Of a DNA stretch of 64,000 bases, positions 1 to 14,742 are shown piece by piece. The translations under genes and the position numbers were made by a program. Positions within the stretch are counted from its first letter, which is position 1; each line of letters opens with the position of its first letter. The stretch comes from Marsupella aquatica (lineage: Eukaryota > Plantae > Marchantiophyta), in the NCBI GenBank assembly GCA_973895155.1, contig OZ316891.1:13051037-13115036 (forward strand), in the 5' to 3' direction. The notes under the pieces were generated by a model, which saw only the letters and a program-made list of their open reading frames with translations, was not told the origin of the DNA and did no database searches.

Positions 1-1008
1 AGATATTCTTATAGGGCTAACGCTGGATTGGGCTACTCGTGAAACTCAGGTACCAGTGGAAAAGGTGAAATAATTGCACTGGATAAGATGGTGGCACATC
101 CTTCCTTGGTAATAGAAGTGTAAAAGGGAATGGGGCTCAATAATAACGTTGAAGGACTTGCACCCTAAGGGCACTCTTCGATCAGCCCTCGAAGAGGTTG
201 GTCCTTTGGCCTCCAAGAATCTTGAGCAAGATCTGAGCCATTTGGTACTTCAGGGCAACCCTCAGGTTTTCAATCGGGAGTGGGGGGGCAGCAGAGCCTT
301 CCACTCTGCTGCTTGTGCCCTCAACTCCTTGACGGCTCATGAATTAGAGCTGTAAAGTTTCAAGGTCAAAGTGGAGAAACTGAGTGGACAACAAGGACTT
401 GGAGGTGAAGGCCCAGTAGCAGCACATCAGGCCATATATGCTTTCACCGAGAGAATTTTCAAAGAAATTGCTTCGGAAGCAAATGCCGAGCACAAACAAG
501 CTAGAATCTCCTCTCTTCGTGGATAGTTCTATAGATGACGTCGCAGTATCTCATTATCAGATTCAACAGTTCAAGTAGTTGGATTCTGTATATTCATGTC
601 AAATTTGCTAAATATACATTTTGCTCATTTCTTCTAATTAGAATGTGAACGAAGAAATTCCCGAGTTCCAGTTAATTTAGACCTGAAATACCCATGTCTT
701 AAAGTTGGTCGTGGTTCTTGTTACATCATCGGCTTACACTACTACATCCACCAACAAATTAATCAGATGTACTGGTCAATTTGAGAGATACACGTGGATA
801 GTTTCTTTCAAGGAATACGCTTTGGGTTCTCATTCTCTGGAATTGCGTCTTCAGTGGTCCAATTTGCTCCTACAATCATCAACTGGCGATCATTTTCATA
901 CTGTCCTGATGAAGGAGAAGATTATTTCACTTCTTATTTCTTTACCGTATTCAGTACTTAGATCAGGTGATATTGGAAACGTCTAGTATCTTATCGTTCA
1001 GCATATTT

Positions 1009-4000
1009 ATGGCGATGAATAAGAGTTTGGGGGAGATGTTGCGCTTTGTTTCTATGGATGAAAGCCAAGGTATGTCTAATCATCTGACTATACCTAATAA
1101 TCTGTTCAGAACTAATAATGCGCTGTAATCAAACTCCTACCCAAATTTCAACTCAACATTTGCAACATTGGCTTCCCTATATTCAAGCATAGATGTTCTC
1201 AATTGTGGGGAATGGTCTTGCATTGTCTCCTTAGTTCCCAACTGAACTCACCCATACAATGTACCTTCAAATGCAACCAGCCTTGCAGGAGATATGTGAA
1301 TACAATGATATCAGCGAGGATCAACTCATGGTTGCAGAAAATATCACAATCTTGGAAATGTTTCTGTTCAATTTTACAAGAATTTGCTGCATGACTTTCT
1401 TCCCAAATTTGACATCGCTTTCTTTAGTGCAACAAAATTTGAGGACTATAGAAGGTCTGCATTGCCTTCCCCACTTGGAAGTTCTTCGACTAAGCGAGAA
1501 TGAAATACAAAGGTACAATGTATTTGTTTACCATCTCATTGAACAATATGTACTAACTAAGAGTAAAGCAATGAGTTTGAGTCATCGAGAAAGTCATTAG
1601 AGGATTTGATCAATCATATATTGCGATTTCAAAATTGGAATGTCCATAGAAAGTTTTAAGTTATTTATTATCTGGAAAATTGGCCGAAAATGGGTAAAAC
1701 GTGGTCTACAACTTTCCATACTAATAGTAACTATGTGAACTATTGTTGTCGAGTTTCGCAGGATTGAAGGTCTGAGCAATTGTTTGAAGTTGAAACAAAT
1801 ATATTTGCATAATAACCGCATCACTCGTATCACCAACCTCAGCCATCTGAGTGGTCTACGAGTGTTATGGCTTGCAAATAACCTCATCAAATGGGTAGAA
1901 GGTCTTGAGAATCTGCCAATCAAAGAGTTAAACATTGCTAAGAATCCTTTGTGTCAACTGGGGAATATTTTGAAATTGAAGACCTTGAAGTATCTGAACG
2001 TTTCTGGTACCAGCATAGGTTCATTCAAGGTGAGAACTACAAATTAAAATCTGGATCCCTTGTGCAGTTACCATATTATGCCTTCGGTAGTTCTTAAATT
2101 GGAATGACCCTTCCAAGTAAAGAATCCTCCTTGAGTGTCAAGCTAACTAACTTTGAAACTGGTCTTGATTACTATATTATTTATCACACAGGGACAAGAC
2201 ATATGACCGGGCATATGACACTGTTTGACCCAACAGAAGACATGAAAAGCCTATCATTTCATTATTATATTTTAATAAAAGGAGGTGTCATTTTCATTTT
2301 GTTCCCTAAATTCATCTTGCAAAAGGATGGAAAACCACAAAGTTCCCTAAGCCCATCTTTAAAACCTTTGTTTTCTATATTGCTCCATATAAAACCTTTG
2401 CCATGGATATCAGGATGGTATACAAGAACAAACACTCAAGGGATGCCATTTGGGAAAGAACCCTAAAACTCAGTAGAAACTATTGAGGCCAGCTGTCATA
2501 CAGACAGAGCAGCAAAGCATGTTCATTGGACAAGAACCACATAGTAGCATTGAGAGTAGTTTTGGAAGTGTTGTAGTACTTAACTATATCTATGATAATA
2601 CTTCTGATAGTATATAATTATGAAGATTGTGAACTAAGAACAGCTACACAGTTTACCATAATTTTCTTAACACTATTTGCCTAGCAACAAGTTATAGGCC
2701 CACTTGTGGAACAATGTCACTCACTCTAGTTGTAATAAGTAACACTTGGGCAACACAGTTTCTAGGATTTTGGTAACAGTCACCGTGACAGTCACTTGGT
2801 ATATTTTTGCCCACAAAGCACAAATCCCAGCATTTCTAAGCAAAAATAAAACAATTATAATAAATATTTTGAAATATAAAAGCTACTAATTGATTAAAAT
2901 CTTGGCCTAAGTTTCTTGTTATTATGTCAAGCTTCTAGGAGATAAGCAATTTGACAAGGTTGAAGAAGCTGAAAGATTTGCGTTTTTCTGATCCTCATTG
3001 GGGTCCAAGTCCCCTAGCATTACTTCACAACTATCAGGTAACTCCTGTGTGAGTTTGTTACAGAATCTCATATGTAGTCCCGAAACTGTTGTGCAATCTG
3101 AGAGACATTTGTTTGGTTACAAAAGTGCCTTTACATTATTTACAATGCAAATGAATAGGATGTGGTTTTTTTATCTTGCAAGAGCTTCAGACATATATTC
3201 TATTTCGTCTTCAAGATCTTCACAAGCTAGATACAATGGAACTTACTGATGAAGCCAAGCAAACTGCAAAGGCCACGTATACAAGGAAGAGGGTGTACTA
3301 CAATTTGTGCATCAAATCCCTTCAGCAAAGCAAAAGGAACAGTAGTACTTTCAGTAATGAATCAAAGCAAATCAAGGGCTTGCAAAAGTAAGTTGTTGCA
3401 TTGTGTTTCATGATCTAACTGACTTGTAAAACTTTAGGACCTGGGCTAGATACATCAAAGCTGAATGTTAGTTGACTGGAGCACTAACCTTTTGTAGGAG
3501 GAAATGGGCTAGTAAGTCTGTATGAAAAGTGTTAAATAATTCTAGAGGACTATAGTGTTGTAAGTGGCAACATGAAACAATTTGGCATGGTTTTAGACCT
3601 GAGTTTGAACTTGGGATAGACAAACCTGTGTTTGGCAAAATCATTCCTCTACATTCACTTTCAGTTATACTTAATTTATTGTTTACTATACCTTGTATGT
3701 TGGCCTTGAGAATGCATATGGCAAACTGGTAGTTTAGTTATTAACCCCAAAGGGTCATGAGCTATCTAGCCCTCCTTGTCATCTCAACAGGAGAAACTCT
3801 TTTGTAATCCATTGAACAATAGAAGGAACATATTCAGATAGCTGTATTGTGCTTCTCATGTGTGGTGTATAGTGTATGTTGTCCTTCAAGTTTGCCAAGG
3901 TTGAAATCTTCTTTATTTGATTATATTACTTGCATGTGACACCCACATGTGAACACTCCTAGAGTATTGAATTGATGATCTGTGTTACTAACCCTCCAGG

Positions 4001-7000
4001 TAGCCATTCCACTGCAGGAATCTTGCACAACAGTTAAAAATATCAAGAGACCTTGACAAGAATTTCATGAGTGAGATAGTTGACATGGATACATCCAACC
4101 TAGAGTCAAAAGAACCATCTAAAATTTCACAGAACTGGTGGAGTGAGAGCAAGATGAATAATGCAAGTGCAAATCAACAAATCTGCACACTTCTCAAAAG
4201 GCTGGACCATTTAAACAAAGAGCTTCAAGTATCCAAGGCAAGGGAGCAGGCTGCAATTGACCTGAGTATACATTGGCTAATCGTTGAACTTGATTCAGGT
4301 TTTTTTAGTTCCAAAGCACCTCTTGTTCCCACAAGCTTGAATCACTAATCTTGACTTCTTTCCTTGAATGGTTTCTGCACTCTTTTCGATGTTAGTTGCC
4401 TTAGTTGGAACTGGAAAATAAATAGTAGTTGACAAGCTACTTTGTCAATATAGGTGGGAATATCCGCATGGAGAGTGGTGGTGCAAAAGATATATGGTAC
4501 AAAAGCTGCGTAGAACTTGTCACATCAAGATTTTTTGAGGATGATTATGCACCACTTGGAATTTTTGGAGTTCAAGTAAACAAAGTAACACGCATACATA
4601 ATCGATTCTTACAAGATCGTTTTGAAAAACTCCATGAACATCAAGTGAGTTTAGTTTATGGTTTCCTCAATGCAAATACATAGTGACATGGGATGAAAAA
4701 AACAATAACACTTCGTGCTTCAAATTTTAATTGAGCAATGAAGAAGATATTATTGCTAGTTCTGAATAAAACATTTTATGCTTGTCATGGTTTTGCATCT
4801 TCTATTTGTGAGTGTTCTATCCTCATGGTCTTCCACAGATCAATTTTGCTTGAAGTCAAGGAGGAGGATATTATTGCATATGAACGTGATGGTTGTTTGA
4901 TCCTTAGATGCTGAAACCTGGGAACAAGAGCGTGGAATATCTTTTATGTGGTGAAACACTTCAGGTGCACAACGAGCTTCAAAGTATTGTGGAAGGGGGG
5001 TTCTATTCATCGTCAGATCGAATGATGCATGGCCAAACATCCTGTCCTGTTCTTTTATCAAACTCAGTTGGTTTGGCGGACAGTTGTCGCTTGAAGGTAT
5101 TGTGTTACTTGACACATGGGTACATGGTAGATTTAATATTCTTTTTAACTATGAGGCAGCTCATAGTCGGGTGCTAAGTCCAAGTAAAATTGATATCTAA
5201 GTATTAGTGCATGAGAATTAAGTGTTGCTAACAGTAAATAGGCAAGCTTCCATATATTGCAATCATGTTTGTTATATAAATATGGTTGTTTTTACTATCG
5301 TTGCATCACATCACTGCTTGTACCAAATTTTGAGTATGGAATAAGTAGCTCCACAGTAGATTCCTACTGCATTTTGGGGGAGTACCCAGGTCCTTCCCAT
5401 TAAGCACGAGAGATGTTACTGTTAGTAGCAATATATAATTTGATAGTAATGCTAATTTTTACATAACATACACCAATTACGGTGAACAGTCTGTGTAGCT
5501 CAGCTGCCCTCCACTTTGATGTGCTAGGGACAGAGAAATTTGAGGGGGGGATTGGGAATATAGATAATCAGACCCAACTCAGGGGTGTCAATCTTTTTAT
5601 GACATTTAGGGACTGTGAGAAAGAATGTATCATACCTTTCTGAGCTTGGAAATGTATGCAACATCTGGTGCCTAGTTTAAACTTGAGAATATAACGTTTG
5701 TTTTCTTTCGTTGCTTTGGAACTTTTTGCCTCTAAATTGGGGTCGGTGCATCTATGCATAGGTGTTTGCAGAACACCCTGATATGGACATTCCAAGCAAG
5801 ACAACACCAGGATGGGTACTGGTGGTGAAGACGTGTTTGGGAGTATCGGTTAAAGATGTCCGTTGCAAGTATACGCAAGTACCATGCAAGGAATGCTGCA
5901 AGAGCTGTCCTGGTATGTGATCTTGCTCTGTCTGAACTCAGGATGTGCCCAGCACGTTCAATTCACTTATATCTAGTTTTTATGCAACGATTTGTTTGAG
6001 CTTTTCTGTCGGTTTCCACTCTTTTCTTCAAAGTTGTTTTTTTTTTTCAATATAGATGATATCCAAGAACATGATACTTGTTATAATCTAAATGAGCATT
6101 CCAGGAAACCTTTGGGCCAGACTCTGAATATTGACCACTATTCTTGCCACTATTTCTTGTTTTGTGGATGTTATAGCTTACATTTGATTAATTTGTGAGT
6201 GCTTGAAAATTGTTGTCTGCGCTTTACACAAACAAATTATTATCCATGTTTTAAAGTCTGTTATGTGTTGTCTGTGGCGCAGTGGATGGGGATGCTAACT
6301 GTGTAGTGAGGAAATCATCTTATCCTCATGCAGACTCGGTGTATAGATCTCATCCAACTGATTCCAAACAAAGGTCATGGTTTGTCTTTGATGCTGCTGT
6401 TGTTGTTCCAGAATACTTGGTTGAGTTTGAGTATAGCTTCACCAAGTCAACTGAAGCTTTGGGTGAACCAACACCACAACCACAGTCCACTAGAGTGGCT
6501 GATTTACTTGTAACTGACCTGGAAGACCTATTTCCCAACTCTTATTCAGAACCTACATCACTTCCAAATATGGATGTTCTATCTTTGCCACACATAGATT
6601 CGTCCCACTTTGACTTAAGAGTAGCACAACTGGTTGATCCATTATCATGTGAGTTCTCATCGGATCTGCCAAAGGTTGCAGTAACATTATCAACTGAATT
6701 CATCCTCAGGGTGAGGAAACGTGACATCTCAGACCTTCAATTTATGACACATCTCAATTTACATGACAGCAACATTACCGAGATTGTGGCACTAGGAGAC
6801 TTGCATTGCCTAAAAGTACTGATTATATGCTTTAACAAGATTTCTAAAATCAGTGGACTCGAAGATCTAATACTCTTGGAGAGGCTGGATCTCAGTTACA
6901 ACCTATTGACTAAGATAGAAGGCCTCAATGGGCTAGTGAGTTTGACAAGTTTAGATTTGGGAGGGAACCAAATTTCAAACCCAACTGATCTAGTGTTACT

Positions 7001-10000
7001 TAAGGTATGAGCTGTTTATCCTTTGAATGGAAGAAGCTTTTCCTCACTTTGCAATGAGTTTTGGTTAATTTCTGTCAAACTTGAAGTACTAGTCAGAGTG
7101 CAACTATTTATTTAGTTTTCTTGTCCAAATTGTTTGATTTCCATGCTACAAACTCAATGGCTGAGCTTTTTTTATTTGACCCTGAATTTAGGCAAAATTA
7201 CTCCTTTGCCACTGTTTTTATTTTATTTATCAAAGGCCATTGTTTTAACCCGAGACTAACTTGCACTAGTTTATTTTCATCAATGGACTACATTATCTCC
7301 ACCTCCTATAGTGTCTGGATAATACTGAAACCCGTATATACTTCCCCATCTTGTACAAACATCCCTTCTCCCCATACTTATTCCCTGATTCCTATGCATA
7401 TCCCACCTCCCTGTATGTACTACCGCCCCCACCCCCGACCCCCAATATTCTCCCTCTCCCTCACCACCATACGTACTAGTCTCTCTCCTGAAATGCATGC
7501 CCCTCCCCACTACAATGAGAGACAGATGGGGAGGGAGGGGAGATAGGGGAGAAGTATGTGTGTTGATTGGCTATGTAGTGTATGCAGGGAAGGAAGGGAG
7601 TGTGTAAGGTGAGAGGAGAGTACAGATGAGTTAAGTTACAGGAGCAATCCAGACTGCTTGTAAGGGTGAAAAGAGGCAAACTGGTCCATTGACACAAAAA
7701 CAACTTACTTGAGTTAGCCTTGTATGGGTTAAAACAATGGCAGTTTGATAAATAAAATTAAAACAGTAGCAAAGTAGTAATTGCACTAAGAAATTTGGGA
7801 ACAATGTCAGTAACAATAAGCAGACCACTGGTAAACATCATGACAAACTTATTTTGTGACAAAGTAAAACAGACGCTAATCAATAACCGTAGCTGTCCAT
7901 GCCAATGATGCTTAGGTACCCCAATTGTTGTCTCTAAACTTGAGGGCAAATCCCATTGTTGATGACCAAGACTACCCAATGGTCGTATTGAAAGCTATAA
8001 CTTCCTTGATTGACCTAGATGACAATTCAGTAACTTCTCGTAAGTCGTTCATGAACTCATCCTCAAATTGTTGCAGGTTAAGTGAAATTAAACTAAGAAG
8101 AATGATTCACATCACTAGCCCTATTACGTACCCTTTCCTTGCATGTAAATAGATATGAAGAAAACAAATTTTGCACAAAAAAGATGCTATGCTATTTCCA
8201 TTCATCTTTGCCCTATCCTTTTTTTTGTCCACCCTCATTCCCACCCTCATTTCAGTTTTGTCTTTATTGTGAGTCAATGTCACTTTTGTTATCTTTGCCC
8301 CCAGCCTCTCTTTTCTGTTGGACACCCTCATTTTAAGTTTTGTCCTTACTAAGGACTCAGTATCAGTTTTGTCTGTATTGGGAGGTGTGGTCTAGAGGCT
8401 TCACTCTAGACCATAGGCCTTAAAAGTAGCTTCCCTTCTCAAATTAGTAGTAAGATGTTTGGCAAAACATGTTAATTTATGTGAAACTCTTGCCTTGGCT
8501 TTTCTTGTGGCTCCTTGGTTGCTCACTTGGTTGATGGCTTGTTTCCCCCCTTCTTGTGTGGGTTGTATGCGGAATATATGTATATTAATCTGGTCACTTG
8601 TGAATGGCGCGGTCCTGATTTTCACTTGAAGTGGGCCATTGCCCTGCGATCCAAGCGGGAATGCAAGCTTGGGATTTGCGCTTCTTGGGAAATTACATTA
8701 TTCCTATTTAAGTTGATTTTGTGAACAGCTTTGAACTCAAAGTAGACATTCATATAGAAACAGGTCCCAAGCCAGGCAAAGTAGTAAATAACTGGGACAC
8801 ACGTTTGAAGAAAATTCATTAAAGTGGGAGATGATTAAAATGATTACTAAATAAAAATGCCAACCTACCTGAGTTATCTTCAATGATGCTGTTGCGTTAT
8901 TTAGGTATGTTCATTAATATGTTCTCCCCTTCTTTTATGTTTATCAACTAATCAATTATTAAGAAGATATTTTCAAACTCAATACTCACTGTCAAATTTA
9001 ATGAAGCTATTGCACTAGGTATGTTCATAATGTTCAGAGGAGCGAATGGAGGCAACTAGGAAGCCGGTCTCATCTCCAAGAGAATGTTTTTCAAGCCCTA
9101 CATTTGTGAGGAGAAATTTACTATCAACTATGGTACTAGTACCAAGTCATGATCATCTGAAGGACTCTATGCAAGAAAACTGTTTAAAGTTGAAGAATGA
9201 GAATGAGAAATCTAAGTTTCCAGGGGGGATGCAAAGTGGCACAGATGTTAAGGTTTTGGAAGAAAATTCAAGTGCAAATCAAGGCATCTCAAAGCAACTT
9301 GATGAAATATGCAATATGAAATTCTATCCTAGCCCTAAGTTTCTTACTTATGACATGCTTGAGAAAGGAAGGACGCTTGCTATAACAAACGATGAAGACT
9401 GGTTGGAGGATATTGAGGAAGTGCACCTTGAACGACATAAGCTCAAGACAATGGATGGCTTTGAAAACTTACATAATTTAAGGCGTTTGTTTCTTTCGGA
9501 CAATAATATCTCTACTATTGAGGGTTTGGATAATTGCAGCATGTTGGAGGAGCTTCTATTGAGTATCAATAATATTGAAGAGGTACTAACAATAGTATCA
9601 CAGCCACTTGAAATGATCAAAATTTACTATAAGAAACAACAACGGATCTACTGAGAGCACGCAAACAAATTAAGTGAAATGAATTCTAATTCAAGCTAAT
9701 GTGAAAGTTGCCAGCCATCAAACAATTGCTGTATTGATTTCGACACTTTCTTACCATCCTTAACAAGTTGCTATTCCAACTCTAAATAATATTAATAATT
9801 CAGGAAATCACTTAACTCATCACGCTGAAATGAATGATTGAGGGTTCGTATCTTACTTTAAACTTCAGGTCAAGAGAATAAAACACGTGGAAGCCTTATG
9901 GAGGCTTGATCTTAGCCACAACCGCCTATCATGTTGTGACAAAATTGGCTCTTTCCAATCACTTGAACAACTATCTATTGATTTCAACAAAATCCAATCA

Positions 10001-13000
10001 CTGAAGGTATGTGCAATATTATTGAAGTTCGTAATTCTAAATATAATCCTAATTTACTAATTTGTCGTTTTGTAATGAAGCTGCAACAAAGTGGGCTATA
10101 AACAACCTTATATATATTCTTGTTGTAATGTGTGCCATCTTGTGTCATCTTTGACTTCCATTATTTCAGTTGTTTAGTTTTTTGCTCAGACAAAATTGTT
10201 TCCACTCATTTTTGGGGTATGCTTGTATGGCACTGAATGCAGGGACTAGATGCTTTGATGTCATTAATGGAACTTTATGCTGCAAACAATATCTTGGCTG
10301 ACTTCAATGAACTAAACTATATCCGAAACCTCCCCAGACTCATAGTTGTGGACTTGTCAGGGAACACTTTCTGTGAAAGTAATGAGTACAGACAATATAC
10401 CATTTACACCCTACGAAAACTCAAAGTAAGCTCCTATACATTTCTATGATTATTTCGAATCTGTATTATTTTGCCTCTCTTTTTTTTGGGGGGGGGGGGG
10501 AACTGGACAAAGGCCCTCTTATGTGCATCTTATGTTGTTTTGCAGTCCATCCCACTTAAGTCTTTTCTAAGATAAGTTGAGGTCCTGTCACTAGTTCCAG
10601 AATTCTGGCGGTGAAGGTGAGGCTGTGAAATCTACTCAAAAGCTCAGGTTCCATCAACCCCTAAGCTAACTTGGGTAGATTTCTCCAAAACCTGTGCAAG
10701 CGTTGCTCGAGGCAGTCCAGCATCTAGTTATGACTGTTTCAAAATGAGTCAAAATGGAAGATTTTTGGTGAATCCAGACTGACCATAGTACCTCTCCTCA
10801 TTTGACTACTGGGTTTTCAATCTAGGCCTATCAAATAAAGTGGAAGGTAGTGTGGTGCTTTCCTTCAAAAACTGGTTCAGAAGGTTTTCCTAGCTTAAAG
10901 TTAAGAAAGGTGGTTTTTATAATGAAAATCAACCTTCCACATCCAACCTGATTATTTGACTATCTTCGTTGCATTTTGGGGCACCAAAACATCATAGATG
11001 TCATAAAATTAGTTGTGCAGTTGAACCTTATGGACCTTGCAACTACCCAAAGCGAGCTAAATCAACCTGCATAGTATGGAGATTGTCAGATTTCTTCAAT
11101 ACATTTTTCTGGTGACATTCCCCGAGAGTTTCGAATTTGCCTGAACTATATTTCATGGTCAACAATTTGAATGCTTATTAAACATTTTATGCTTAATACA
11201 ATTTATGGCGTTTAAAGGTTCTTGATGGGAAGAATGTGGAGACACATGAGCTCACACAAGCACGAAACAAGTATATGGGGCGGTTGAATGAAGATGTTCT
11301 GCGGGATTGCGTGGGTCATTGCCAATTTTCCATGCTTGAGGTACAATATATCTATGGTGTCAAATTTAAGTGAATTTTTCATGCATAGGCAGGCTTGAGG
11401 TGGGTGCCATTGCAAAAGAATGAAACCCCCTTATATACAGTAGATAAATTTTAAGTAATAGGAGGGCTTCTGTAAGTGCATGGCTCAGTTGAAGTTACAA
11501 AAAATTGACAAAAGCAATGTCAGTAGCTTTGGACCATCCTATAATTTAAATTTTGAGTGTTCCTACGACATATGTTAGAGGATCACACCATTGCTTTTTG
11601 CCCTTGTGCAAGCGTGCATCACAAGGTTAAAAATTTTCTATGTACTTACCCCGCCTAATTCAAGGTAATTCAAGGTGCCTTTATTCCTCCTCTTTCCGCA
11701 AAACTATAGTAACATTAAAAGATGAGCTTCTCACATTGCATTGAAGTCAGAGAAATAAACAGCCAGGAAGAGGTTCTTAATTGGAGTCCTGGCCCGGTTT
11801 GAGCAAGACCTGTGCAAAACATTAAATATTTTCATTTTAGGAAATGATGCCAAGGCTAGAATATTAGTCTCCTGTTTTCGGATATGAGAATGGAGCTACC
11901 AGACCATTGGTCTCCTGTTTTGATTTTCTTAGTTTTGAAAACAATGGACTGGAAAGTCAAGGTTTTCACCAGGATGCTTGGAATCTTCTTGAAATTTACA
12001 TTAAACATTTTTCTAGTTGCACAAGACCCCAATATTTTGCTGTTCAGACCAAAATGTTAATAGTTATTTATTTAAAACCGAGATGGCACTCCAGTAATCA
12101 AGCATGAACAGAGAAATTTGCAGGTGGACAAACACCTCCAATTTTGCTGAACTGTATTTTTTCTGTACAAAAATTAGCATTATCCTTCAACAGATTGTAA
12201 TCAAAGTTAACCTTATGTCATATGTAGGTTTTGGACCTCTCCGGGCAAAAGCTCAGAAGTTGTGGAAACGTGTTTGAAAATCCAGACATACACAGACTTA
12301 CAGAACTCAATCTTAATGACAACATGTTAACGTCCATATTTCCTCTCAGGTATATACCCCCGGTAACTCAGGACTCCACATAACAAGCCAATTTTTTCCT
12401 TATTGAAATAAAGATAAAGTTACTGCATAAATTGTCCTTGGCATTAACCTGTTAGTTCAAACGATTATTATTTGGAGTCAAATGCATAAGGTAGCAGAAA
12501 ATATCAATGGCCAAGCTTAGAATACCCAGGACCCCACAAACTAAGTACCTTTACATGCACATAATAGAAGCCTTGTTCTCTTTGTCTTGTGTAGGCTTTT
12601 GAAAAATTTGAGGGTACTACAACTAGAAAATAACAAGTTTGAAGACAGACCACTATTTGAGGCACCAATTGACAACAGTTCAGACTTATCATTCTCAAGA
12701 AATTCTCTTAATCTAAATATTACTGGTATTGAGGGCAACCAAGGACAAACCACTCTTATTTCAAAAAGCCTAACATATGATGATGGCATTTGTTTGCCAT
12801 CCCTTGAAACTTTAAAGCTTGGAGGAAACTCAATCACAAATATGTCTTCGTTGTGTTTGGAATTCAAGTTTCCAAAACTAAAGCTATTGGCTTTACATGA
12901 CAACAAAATTGTGAAGGTAGGTGTACCTTCTCTAACGGTGCAGTAACGGTGCAGCAACTTTGAGTCACGTAGGCACATTAGCAACAAAAATTGCACTCTT

Positions 13001-14703
13001 TTAGATTTAAAGTACTCTCCATTTTCTGTAACCATGGGTGAATACAATATTGGACGTATCAGGCTATATAATAACATATAGAGGCGAGGGTCTTTGGATA
13101 CAGCTGGCTCATCCTGAAACTCGTTTTTTGTTTCAATCTTGTCTTGAATGGGTTTTTCAGTTCTCCTCCTGCATTGCGGCTGCTTGTTAGTGCCGGGGAT
13201 TAGAGTTTGTCGCTGATGATTCTGTTTGCCTTTTCTGAACCCCCCCCCCCCCCCCCCCCGCGGCCCTCCTCTGTGGGCCTTGTTCAGAAAAACATTAAAC
13301 AATAGAAGGTGCCAGATCATTCAAATCATATTTGTCTTAAAATCCATGTGCAAGCTCCCTAACAAGTGTAATTAATAATGCCTTGTGTTTTGTAGGTTGA
13401 CGGCTTGGCAGGCTTGAGTTCTCTTGAGAAATTGTATTTGGACCACAATGACATTAAAGATATTGAGGAATTCTCTTTTGATGGTGTGCAAAATTTACGT
13501 GTATTAAGCCTCTCGTACAATGCTTTGAAGGCATTAACTCACATAGAAAAACTTGCTGCGTTGGAAACTTTGGAAGTATCTTCTAATCAAATTGCCCCAG
13601 GTCGCCTGGGTGGGCTTGCAAGCATTGAAAACATATCAGGACTGTCAAAGCTATTGAAACTATCTTTCATCAATAATCCTGTATGTGACAAACCAGTTCT
13701 TATCAATCTATTTTATCTGTGGGATGGGTAGGATTTTCCTGACGTGCTTAATTTTTCCAGTTTTATTTAGGCTCATATTCACATTCCAGATTTAAAGTGT
13801 TTTGTGGGTAAGGGTTGTTGAGGTCTTATTTATTTATAGGAGGGACAAAGACTGACATAGGCCAAAGAGAACATGTCAACACCTTTATTGCACTCTCTGT
13901 GGCTGCACATGATACCATTTTTATTGTGACTCCCTCTTAATGCATCGTGTACATTTGATCTGATAAAAGTTTGGTAACACCATGTTAATTAATCTAATAG
14001 AAAAGTCTTCAAACCTTGATACTGAAACAACGGTTAAGATTTGAATGCTTTGGTTTTCATATTTCACTCGTAGCAGGGCATATGAAGGGTTTTAGAAACA
14101 AGAATTCTTGTAAGTGAAAAAGAGAATTGAATTGAGTCAAAGGGACTAGCAAGGAAGACAAACACAACAACAACCAATAGTGGCCCAACTTTAAACCTCC
14201 AAATAAAACATATTAGTTATGTTTGTATTTGACTCTAGGGATCAGGGTCCATATTTCCATAGTTTTAGTGTGATCAATGGAGATGTTGTCTCAAATTTAA
14301 CTTGAAATCTCTATAAAGCATAGGAGAATAACAATAACATGAAATTAAGCTACCATGTATCATGTATGTCTTGATGAACAAGTGGCTAAAATTTTTCTGT
14401 CAGCACACAAGTAGATAGGTGTCAACATTGAAGACATGAATGTTGACATGGTGCATACATTTTCTTGACCGTTCTGACTTGAATTTCAGGTTTGTCGGCA
14501 AAACTTATATCGAGTATCAATTATAAGCCGATTATCACAACTCCATTATTTAGATGAAAGGGAGATTACGAAGGCATGTTTCCTCAACCACTTTCATTAA
14601 TGTATTTGAAATTTTGGTAAACAATGAAAGGTTATCAATGGAACCGAGCAGCACGTAATCCATTATTTGTTATATAGACTAGTGGGAGCTACATTTTGGG
14701 TCT

Positions 14704-14742
<39 letters not shown>

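Noticed and set aside
12541-13320. 259-aa minus-strand ORF
   Set aside because: It is antisense to LRRC9 exon 17 and an intron, its poly-Gly comes from a poly-C run, and it has no recognisable motif.
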